From the human T2T-CHM13v2.0 reference genome, Homo sapiens: a stretch of DNA of 64,000 nt. The DNA lies in assembly GCF_009914755.1 (NCBI RefSeq), contig NC_060925.1; one strand, 5' to 3'. Both the position numbers and the translations under genes were made by a program. Positions within the stretch are counted from its first letter, which is position 1; each line of letters starts with the position of its first letter. Positions 48,273 through 64,000 of this stretch are shown one piece after another. The notes under the pieces were generated by a model that saw nothing but the letters and a program-made list of their open reading frames with translations, was not told where the DNA came from and ran no database searches.

Positions 48273-48744
48273 TCAGAATCACTTTTTCCTCTGTGTGTGT
48301 ATGTGTTTATATAATAATATCCTTTAATTTTATGCTATTTTCATTATATTCAAATTTATGATGAAACAGAGCTGGCATAGGCAATAACATTTACAAACTG
48401 AGTTTTGGAAAACTCCTCCAGAATCTACTTCTTACATGCTATTTATCAACTAACCTTTTTATATAATCATAGTTCATGAAAAAAGAAAACCCTAGTTATG
48501 TACCAGCATAACTCAAGAAATACCTTTTAATGATTAAAGGTCACCTTTAAGAGTATGCTGGAAAAACGAAAATGATCTGTGCATTTTACTAATCCAGTCA
48601 GAAATACTAATTGTACTCCTTATTAAGATAAATTTGGGTGCTGGTTTTTTGGCTTCTGGTTTCTTCTTGTACTTACTATCATCATACAATTGGAGAATGG
48701 AATTATGTATAGTGGCCATACAGGATGTTAAAAATGGTTATGTT

Positions 48745-49346
48745 CCATTGTGAAAGACAGTGTGGCAATTCCTAGACCTAGAACCAGAAATAGCATTTGA
48801 CCCAGCAACCCCATTACTGGATATGTACCCAAAGGAGTATACATCATTCTGTTACAAAGATACATTCACACATATGTTCATTGCAGCACTAGTCATAATA
48901 GCAAAGACGTGGAGTCAACCCAGTTGCCCATCAATGATAAACTGGATAAGGAAAATGTGGATATATACACCATGGAATACTATGCAGACACAAAAAGGAA
49001 TGCGATCATGTCCTTTGCAGGGACATGGATGGAGCTGGAAGCCGTTATCCTCAGCAAACTAACACAGGAACAGAAAATCAAACACCACATGTTCTCACTT
49101 ATAAGTGGAAGCTGAACAGTGAGAATACATAGACACAGGTGGGGAACAAGGCACACTGGGGCCTTTTAGGAGGAGTATGGGGAGGGAGAGCATCAGGATA
49201 AGCAGCTAATGCATGCTGGGCATAATACCTAGGTGATGGGTTGATGGGTGCAGCAAACCACCATGGCCCACGTTGACCTATGGAACAAACCTGCATGTCC
49301 TGCACATGTATCCCAGGACTTAAAATAAAATTAAATAATAAAAAAA
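48745..49346 (+). mobile_element. 5'-truncated L1PA 3' end
   Basis: ORF2 C-terminal translations (FDPATPLLDMYPKE; SFAGTWMELEAVILSKLTQEQK), 3'UTR, A tail and TSD-like aaaa(t/a)ggttat. Confidence 0.9.
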
Positions 49347-49829
49347 GGTTATTTTTTTTCCCACTATGGGCTACTTAAAAACTACATGGCAATATAGTTT
49401 TTCCCCACAAAATACATAACACAAAATACACAAAATACAAACTGTGCATTACAAATACTTTAGTCTTTTGTGTAGATGTTGGTGAAAAATAATGAGCTTT
49501 TAAGGGGAGAGTGTGTATGTGTGTGTATATATGCCTGAATAACATATAAATTCTCAAAAATCTTGCCTATGAAAGTGTGTTACATTCCTTTATTAGTTGA
49601 AAAGTCAATTATTTTTCAGTTTCCTTTCATAGTAAGGGCTACTTCTTTTTTTTTTAACAATAGAAAATTAAGGAAATCAACCCTTTGTAGGGGTTGTGTT
49701 TCTAAATTACTGGTTGTCGTCAGCTGTCAGCAAACATCATGATTGACCTTCAGCAAGTTAAATGTTGTAGCAAAAGATATAGTTTCCAGGGAAGAAGTAA
49801 CAGAGGTTAGGATTAAGACTACTAAATTT

Positions 49830-49955
49830 AGCAGGGTGCAGTGGTGTGTGCCTATAGTCCTAGCTACTTGGGTTGCTGAGCTGGGAGGGTGGCTTAAGCC
49901 CAGGAGTTCGAGGCCAGCCTGGGCAATGTAGCAAGACTCTGTTGTGGAAAAAAGG
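49830..49955 (+). mobile_element. Alu monomer (FLAM-like)
   Basis: Single arm. Confidence 0.75.
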
Positions 49956-49979
49956 AAGGACTATTAAGTTTACATTTCT

Positions 49980-50272
49980 AGACCATGTGCGGTGGCTCAC
50001 GCCTGTAATCCCAGCACTTTGGGAGGCCGAGGTGCGTGGATCACCTGAGGTCAGGAGTTTGAGGCCAGCCTGGCCAACGTGCTGAAACCCTGTCTTTACT
50101 AAAAATACAAAAATTAGCCGGGTGTGGTGGCACATGCCTGTAGCCCCAGCTACGCAGGAGGCTGAGGCAGTAGAATTGCATGAACCCGCGAGGCAGAGGT
50201 TGCAGTGAGCTCAGATCACGCTATTGCACTCCAGCCTGGGCGACAAGAGCGAAACTCCGTCGCAAAAAAAAA
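49980..50272 (+). mobile_element. AluS with TSD aagtttacatttc
   Basis: Sense dimer. Confidence 0.92.
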
Positions 50273-50950
50273 AGTTTACATTTCCTTCATAGAGATGGGG
50301 GGAAAAAGGTGCCCTAAAGATTTTTATCACATCTATCATAGCACCCAAAAATGCCTCATTTGTAGTAAATACCCTTTCTGTCTTGTCCATCTGCATTTTT
50401 TCCACTGCAAATGGGTTGGATGTCTGTTCAGATTTAATAAAGAAGATGTTTGCTTTTCACTTTGTGGAGGTATTTCTTGGATCCAGAGTTTAACCTTAGC
50501 AAGCAGGGTAAGAGTTTAGTTTTATACTTAATATTATCTTTATATTACCTGTTAATTATTCTTCCACAATATGTAAAAATCAAGTCTGGAGTATAAGTGT
50601 CAGCCTCCCAGGTGGGTAAGAAGCGTGTGCATGTGGACCTATGGCTGTTTACCGTGGCCTATGGGGATCATCTGGAACACTCTGGAACACTCTGTAGTGT
50701 TGCAGGAAACCCTGGAACACTGAAGAAATAGTTCTCAACACAAGAAGTCTCTCATCCTCTCTTTCCCTTTTATTCCAGCCTTTAGTGAGCAAATCCACAT
50801 CTGTATGAGCAGTAATTAAAGTACGATTGACACTGCAGTTTCCACAAAAGTGGGAGTTGTCTTCCTATGTTTGTTTGTCTTCCTTTCTCTCTATCAATTC
50901 CTTCTTCCTCTCTTTTCATCTGTTATTCATATTAAATAATTTACCCTTAA

Positions 50951-51754
<804 letters not shown>

Positions 51755-52273
51755 TGAAATACCCTAGGTAAAATATTAAAGTTCTAGTAAACATGATATA
51801 AGCGGTATGGCACATGCTCATAATGCATTTGTCTTGCCCATATGGATATCAAAAATATTTTATATATTATTATTGAACACTCATTCAGTGATCACTTTTA
51901 AAAAGCAGTGACTACCTTTAAAATTCGGGATTACCTTTAAAATGTTTTCAGGGAACATCCTAAAAACCAGTGTTCCTAGGCTGGAAAGAAGGCTATCTTA
52001 GAAATAAACTGGTTTATCACTCAGAGCTTTCTTCCCTGTTCTCAGTGGTCTATTTGTCCTCAATGGTATCATTTGAAAATGAGACAGATGTGGACTTAAG
52101 ATTCTGTGGTAAGTCACGTGTGTTAACCACTTTGAAATCTCAGGGTGCAAGCCAGGGGACACATAGAAATATTAATACCATCTTTCTGTCAAGGAGTCCT
52201 TCTGGAAGTATGACAACAAACAGATATAATTTTGCTTAATTTTTTGCTATTTGCATTTTTCCTTATTTCATAA

Positions 52274-54205
<1,932 letters not shown>

Positions 54206-54703
54206 TAACATGAAAGTGAGCTCGTCTTTGCACAGTGTGTGTCAGTATTAGGGAAGTGTTTACCTTCAAACTCGGGAAAATTACTGTTGAATGTATTTTT
54301 AAGCACAACTCTAAAACTCGTCTAGATTTTTACATCAATATATAGTGCAGCAGTTTGCTATTTAAAGCTTTAAGCTTTTCTCCAGAAGTACCAAAGATGT
54401 AAAATAAATACATATACGTATCAATGTATAAGATGTAGGTATACCCATCTATGTAGTTATTGATATATCTCTTAAAGATTGAGGGATATATTTTTCTTAA
54501 AATACATGCTCTGTTATCTAGTTGTAAGACTGCTACTTATTTATGCCTAAATTCCAGTGAAAGTATGCTTATATGCCCTTTGGAAAATGAATGAGGGCAG
54601 GTAAGCAGAGACATTTGTAGCGAAATTATTTTCCATGTAAGAATCTACTCTTTGCTTTTACTACTTCAAGTTTCCATTTCTGACAAACAGCTTAAAAATG
54701 TAA

Positions 54704-55024
<321 letters not shown>

Positions 55025-55080
55025 GCAAATCAAATTCTTAGGTAAACTGACTCTGGAGCATGATTTAGTGCACACTTTAA

Positions 55081-55628
<548 letters not shown>

Positions 55629-56517
55629 TTATACATTTATGTGTCATCTATAGCCCGTGTTGCCTAGTCATTGAGACAATGCTGTGATACTTGGCTGTGG
55701 AATGTGTAGGTGGCAGGGAAAAACGCACACTGTAAACCTTACTGGGGCTTCCTTGTTCTAATGTTTCATGATTCCTTGAATTTCCTTTGTGTGAATTTCC
55801 TTTGTGTGATGTGGCATGCATTTAGAAACAGGGTATTTGCCAGGTTCGTTTTCATTTCTTATATGGATTTTTCTACTCACTACACCATATCGGGGGCAAG
55901 AATCTGTATATTCTGATGACTTTTAATTTTTCAGTTCATCTTCTGTGTTGTTACCACGCCACTTATGTATGTGGGTGATTCATTTTAAACTGTGCCCCAA
56001 AGTCATTTTCTCTAGATATGACAGGGGAAGTTCTTGTGTTTTGTTGTTGGTTTGCTTTTTAAAAAGATGTGTTTACCCTTTTTAGGTGGTACTACACGAA
56101 TCTGCAGTCACTGAGAAGACAAATAACAATGGGGTGATGGGAGGCAGTAGGAGGGAGAGGATGCCATCCTGTAAATATGTATTTTTTAACCCATGAATAA
56201 TCTGCAAAGTTGTTAAGTCAAGTTGGGATTTTGAGAGATCAGACATTTCTTGCCTCCCTAGCCCACACTGAGATAAGTTTTCTTTTTACATTTTTATACA
56301 GTGGCCTGATGACTGAGGCTTCCTGGAAATTATTTCTGGGGAAAAATTTCATTCATGGATGGTATTTCAACTTTCCCATTAAGTTGATCAAACAAATGGT
56401 GGTCTTAAAGAAAAAGAATATTTTTTCCTTCTTATCTCTCTTCTTTTTCCCTCCTTCCCTCCTGCTGGCCTTCCTCCCTCCCCTTCTTCCTTTCTATTTA
56501 TGCTTGCTGTGATGTAA

Positions 56518-56784
<267 letters not shown>

Positions 56785-59740
56785 TAGTTTTTGGGCTGTG
56801 TAAACCTCCATGGATCTTAGGCAGACAGCAAGGGTTAGAACTTTAGAACATGTGGTTAAGTAAGACTAGCCCAAATAGAACAACACATAATTATCTCCAT
56901 CCAGTGATAATGTCCCAACTTTTATTTGTAACATCATAATACATATTTCCAAAATATCCGCCATTGTTTCTTTCCAGAATTAGTTGCCTAGAAATAAATT
57001 TTCATTTGATTTATGTCCATCTGAGTGCTCCTATGGATGGAAAGAAAGGAAAGAGTGGGCAAAGGAAAACAATCAAGAAATCCAATCCTTAGTAACTGAT
57101 AATGTGTTTGGTATTTTGTTGCATTATATCTGAAGTGGATGCCATTAGAATCCAGTTAAACAGTCACACTGTACTTGAAATGTGGAAGAGAAATCTTGTA
57201 TCCATTTCTAACCTCTCTATTTTATGTTAGATCCTTTGATCTAACCTGTGACATTTTTGAGTCATAAAAAGAAAGATTGGTGCATTTCAAGAAAAACATT
57301 TCCAAGCAATTTTTTTCTACTGATATATCCATTGGACTTGTCATAAAGGGATATTGTTATAAATTTCTCAGGGGTGTCATTTGGAAAGTAGAGTAAAACC
57401 TCATGATAATGAACTCCAGATAGAAAGAATTGCTAATGGTGCCCGTCTTTACCCTGAAATGGAGAGTGGCTACATTTCTTAACTTTTGCAGGGTGGCAGG
57501 AAAGAGGTCTTGGAAGCAAAGGAATGGCAAGCAGCTCAGTCTTGGGAAGCAAAGAGGGAAAAATGAGGCTGATATCCCCAGTGTTCTCCTTGCCCAGTAG
57601 CCCCATAGGAGTTCCAGCTAATGGGGTGATTCCTCGAATTTGTGCCTCTGACCTGGAAGTAATAGCTAGGCACATGACCTGGAGTTGTTTCCATTGATAT
57701 TTATTTCAGAGCAGACAATTTTCATTAGATGGACATTGCCAAATCCAGCCAGGAGAAGATGGATTTCAATGGGACAGCTAGACCCCTGTGACCCGTAGTT
57801 GGCTGGGTGAGCAGGCTCACCCCAGGCATTTTATTAATCTGAGAATAATGTAAACCCAAACATTATGCAGTTGAATTCTTTTAGAAATGCTTGTTGCATT
57901 ATCACTGGTTGCTGGTGACCTCAGGTCAGTAACATAGTAAATGAGATGGCACCTGGCACATTGTAGGCACTCAATAAATATTTATTAAATTAATCAGCTG
58001 ACTAAGGGATGAAGACTTTATAAATATCAGTGGCTATGTCCAGTAGTGATTAAAAACCAGAAGGTTACTCATTTCATAATAATCAGTAAGTCCAGGGTGA
58101 CAATGTTAAAAGGAGTAATGGAAAATCATATTTTCTCTGGCAGAGATAAATATTTAAAAAATCCTTGGTATATTTGCATATAGTACACTGAGGCTGAATC
58201 ATCGTATCTCCTCTTTTGGGTTGTGTCAGAGATGTAAAATCTGTCTGGGCGAGGAATATGGGTGGGGCTTACATTGAGAAGAGTCAGGCAGCCGGAACTG
58301 TCACATGACAAACGTGTAGATGTGGCATGGAGCCTCTCTCGTCCAGGGACCAAATACTCAGAAAATTGAGCCATGCTCTCCTTACTTCCAGCACCCCTTT
58401 TGTTTTTTTGTGTTTTTTTGTTTGTTTGTTTTTGTTTGTTTGTTTTTTTGGCTAAGGGAATACAGATAAGGAAGAAGTCTCCCAGGTTGCCCAAGACTGT
58501 AGGATTTCATTCTCTGTTTGACATAGTATTAAGTTTTAGCTTACTGAAATATGATTTACATGTAAATCATCAAACTTCACATTAAACTAGTTGGCATGAA
58601 GGGGTCTCAGCATATAAACAGTGCCTCTGTGTTGAGCATCATCATCTTAAGATAATCTCCTCATTCTGTCATTAAGGCATTTCATAAATTGTCGGTAAGA
58701 GACTTTGCCAATATCCTCATTTGTGTTTATTGATAGTGACGCTACTGTTGACCTTCAGCTTCAAACAGGGTTTATGGGACAGTCTCCATCATGACTCCAG
58801 ATAAACCTATTCAGCAACTCCTTGGCCTGGGTCTTGGTGCTGAGCTCTGCACTTCAGATCTGTTTTTGGAGGGACAAAAGATTTTTTTAAATGTATGTTA
58901 GAGAAAAATCACTACAAAGTGATGGATTGCTGAAGAAACATAGTTTTATTTAACTTCATTGTATTTGGAAGAAAAATCTGTCCATTCCATTTACTTGAGA
59001 CATTTAAAATTTTGTTTAAGGAAAGTGTATTTTCAGGATGCATGCAAATTGTTCCCCTTTTTATGGGAAATGTGCACTGATTGTATGTGCAGACATTTTG
59101 GTACCTTATGATTCATTTCCAGTAAAATTAATAGCCTTTAATGCCGTGGCATATGTTTATGGAGGTATTTCAAGCAATTCTTCTTATATACAATGGAAGC
59201 TGGAAGTTCTGTTTTTGTTTAAATATTTAAAAATAGCCAAATAATTTTTCTGTGATCTCTGTTCTCCTTGAAAGTAAGACTGTGGTTGAATGCACTGGTG
59301 TTTAACGAGGTGCCTGTGCTGTTTTTACCGTCATGGCAGAGACGTTTTCAGTGTGATAATAGAAGATTCCTCAGCTGGGCACATTGCCGTTTGGCATAAG
59401 GAGAAAGAGGGTTATTTTCTCTGGATGCTCAGACTGATAGAAATGAAGAATATCTTGTATTTCCAAATCCTTTTTTCTCCAAAGAGCTTAAGACAAAGCA
59501 TTTTATACTTTTCTCATGGAGCATGGATTTAAGTTTGTTCTATGATGATTTCTTCATTTCTCCTTCTTTACTTTGAAGCATTACACAAAAGATTAGCTGA
59601 GAAGGTACATAGAAGTTTATCAGAATATAGTTTGACATAGTTTTTCATAACCAAATGAGTGTGACACTTTGACATTAGAATTGTCTGATGTAGAACCCCG
59701 TCTCTTAAGGAATAAAGAGGAAAATAGAAAAAGTGATCTT

Positions 59741-60077
<337 letters not shown>

Positions 60078-60252
60078 TTAGCATTCACACACATTCACAC
60101 TTGCCCAATTTTAAGGAAGGCTTTAGAGCCAGTAAGTGTTTAGTCCAATCTCCTCCCTAATTCCAGGGTAGTTCAGTGATTTTTAATGTTTGTAATGACC
60201 CTAAGTCACCTCAGGATCTTTGGTGATCAAATAAGGATTAAAAAGTTTAACC

Positions 60253-60548
60253 CACTGGGTATGGTGGCTCACACCTGTAATCCTAGCACTTTGGGAGGCC
60301 AAGGCAGGTGGATGGCTTGAGCCCAGGATTTCGAGACCAGCCTGGGGAACATGGGGAAATTCTGAATCTATAAAAAATATAAAAATTAGCTGGGTGCAGT
60401 GGTGCATGTCTGTCATCCCAGCTACTTGGGAAGCTGAGATGGGAAGATCATCTGAGCCCAGGGAGGTTGAGGCTGCAGTGAGTTGTGAGAGTACCACTGC
60501 ACTCCAGCCAGGGTGACAGATTAAGACCCTCTCTCAGGGAAAAAAAAA
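60253..60548 (+). mobile_element. Alu (AluJ-like)
   Basis: Sense dimer. Confidence 0.87.
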
Positions 60549-60739
60549 TTCATCCGCACTCATTAGCAGGAAAGTGAGAGAATTTACTTGGGAGTGATTT
60601 TGATAATAAGGGTTGCATAGTTTTTGGTTAATCTTCTATCAAATAATGTCATAAGGAAATATATTTTGGTAAGTGCAGTAGTAGTAGTAATAGTAGTAAT
60701 TATTACAGCAATAATAACCATGGAAACCACAAGTCATAT

Positions 60740-60960
60740 TGTGTCCATTATTTACCATGTACCAGTTACTGTTCTTAGCACTTATATCAGCTCATATAAT
60801 GCTCCTACCCCTGTGAGACAGGCACCATTAGCCTCAGTTCATAGTACAGAAACCTCAGGTACAGAGATATAGCGGAATTCAATGTTTCCAAGCTGGTAAG
60901 GGGCTGAGCTCGGGTTCAGACTCCAGCCTTCTGGCTTCAAAGCCTCTGCTCTTCCTAATT
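60740..60960. mobile_element. MIR
   Basis: agctggtaaggggctgagctcgggttcagactccagccttctggcttcaaagcc. Confidence 0.65.
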
Positions 60961-61172
60961 AAGTGATAATTATGGATGTGGAATATTTTATATGAGTGTA
61001 AGTACAGTATTTTATATGGAGACCAGAATATATACTTTTAAAAATGAATTAAATACTTTAAAAAAAGAATTTGAATGTGTATTGGTTTTTCATATATGTT
61101 TGGTATTTAAATGACTGTGGTTATAAATAAAATTGTATGTGAGACACTTTTAAAACCTTTACCATGTTTTAG

Positions 61173-61517
<345 letters not shown>

Positions 61518-62197
61518 TCACCAACATGACATTTGCACAGTTAAATAAAAGTTTGAGTGGTATGAGATTTAAATACATAAGCTTCCGTAAGCAGTAAAAG
61601 TAAGAGCCACTTGCTTGTGTGGCATATAAATAGTGGTTAGAGGCAGACAGCCATTGTGGTTAAACCTTGCCAAATGTGAAATGATGCTACATTTCATTTA
61701 TCCCATGGTAAAAAAAAGAATCATCTTTGTAAAATAAGCCATAGGTAAATAATGTCTAATCATGTTTAAAGGATCTGTAAAGGAACATGATACCCAGAAT
61801 GTAAATTTGCACATAGAAGTCAGCAAGAGTGTAAAAGAAGAATCTGATATTTTTTAAAAAGTACATAACTTGACATTGGTCTAACCATTTAATGCAACAC
61901 AATGAATCTCTTTGTGGGTTTCTTCTATGTAATCTATCAGATTAAAATTCTTTGCCCAGAGAATGGGAGAAAAAGTATGACAGTTAAATATTTGTTGGAC
62001 TTTAGCCTCTGGAAATCTGATCAGAAAAAAAATACATAGTTAAATGTGCTACTTATTATAAGGGCAGGTAATAAAAGGATTTGTTAGAATTCACATTTAT
62101 TACAGATACTAACTTTAAGGATTAGATATTTGGTATCATGTTTAGTCTTTCCGCTGTGCTTGATGACCTAATCCCTAAAAAAGACTTTTTAAAAATG

Positions 62198-62431
<234 letters not shown>

Positions 62432-63471
62432 TTATAAAAATGTGTAATAACGACAGGAAAAGAAGTATTCATCATTCAGCTGCTCTTATATGGGAGTACA
62501 TAACGTAATACCTGTAAGTGTTCTTACGGGAAGCAGTAATTGCCAATAAAAGGCTGCTTCTTACTATGTTGAGGAATCTGGGAGAACAAGAGTGGCACAC
62601 TTCAGGTATTGCCTGCCACTGTATTATTGGCTGCTATGAAAAGGAAAAAGAGATTACATATTTTATCTTTGATCTTTGCTGCAGTTTTATTTATTGCAGA
62701 TATTCATTTTTAGATTGAAAACTATGTTTTATTGTAATTAGTAGATATTTCAGTGCTTGCAGAGTGACAGACTGAATGATAATTTGTGTTATAGAAGACA
62801 TGTTTTGTATTGGTGTTAATTGTTCCAGTTGTAGTTGGCAAGGGTGTGTTTTGGTTGATTTGGACAGTTATATTTGTCTTTTGACCAAAGACATAAAATA
62901 ATGTCTGAAACACTAAATATCTTATAATAAAACAATTTAAATTTGTTTTGGGGATACATAATAAACATTTGGTACTTTGTAACTTTTAACATCTGCTTTT
63001 AATAGAATACATTCCTATTGCAAGCCTTAAAAATGTATTTACATAGAAAACCACATCAAAATTCAAAACTATAATTAGACAAGCATAGGTTTTGTGGAAT
63101 CTGGATTTGTTTAAGATGTTGAAAGATTTATTTTTTTTTTGAAGATGCTATTCCTATAACTATTTGTAGAGCATACCCAATCAATTCAAGGAATGCAATA
63201 ATATTAACCTCTGCTTTTAAATTTTCTTTTAGCCAGTAAGATTGTTTTTATACTTCTAAGTAAATGGCTAAAAATAAAAAAAAAAACACGAATACACCAG
63301 CATAATATAAAGGAAATGTAATGAAGCTAATTATCCTTCACCTTGCTAGATTATATATTAGGGAAATTATATTTAGGTAATCGTGCTTTGGAATTGCATA
63401 CAATTTAATCATAGTGTAGATAGTTAATTCTTTTGGATTTTATATTTATATACCACGGTATTAAGATTCTG

Positions 63472-63786
<315 letters not shown>

Positions 63787-63894
63787 CTAAATGTACAAGA
63801 AAGGGGTATTAATTTTTAATGGCTAGAATGTTCTGTGTATAATTCATAGGAATTGAAGAAAGATTATAGAATAGAGTATAAGTGCTCTTTGGAA

Positions 63895-64000
63895 TGCCAG
63901 ACGCAGTGGCATGTACCTGTAGACCCACCTACAAGGTGGGCTGTTGTGGGCTGTAGTGTGCTGTGATTTTGCCTGTGATACCCACTGCCCTCCAGCCTAG
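63895..64000 (+). mobile_element. FAM-like Alu monomer, running off the window end
   Basis: gggctgtagtgtgctgtgattttgcctgtgatacccactgccctccagcct. Confidence 0.7.

Overview
Primate genomic DNA, almost certainly human and very Alu-rich, lying inside the formin-2 gene (FMN2) on the + strand. Four constitutive coding exons splice in frame with canonical AG/GT sites: 23265-23412, 33719-33774, 52304-54204 and 56562-56706 (exons 3-6 by recalled numbering). The large exon carries the proline-rich FH1 domain as a coding VNTR of 26 x 33 bp, followed by the start of FH2. A frame-preserving 12-nt microexon (25513-25524, adding EDDG) has an SRRM4-type upstream UGC motif and is invisible to the ORF track. 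The introns hold a sense-oriented processed ADH5 pseudogene, a Y1 RNA pseudogene, about 40 Alus, L1/L2/MIR remnants, THE1, MER31/67 and MER21 LTRs, MER82 and MER5A DNA transposons, and a 16 x 28-bp polypyrimidine VNTR. Notable structural observations are a ~280-bp templated duplication with a snap-back hairpin junction, an apparent ancient inversion inside an L1, and a closely spaced inverted AluY pair. Exons 5+6 form a symmetric, stop-free 2046-nt block flanked by inverted Alus. No foreign or prokaryotic system is evident. Repeat subfamily calls and boundaries were made by eye and are approximate.
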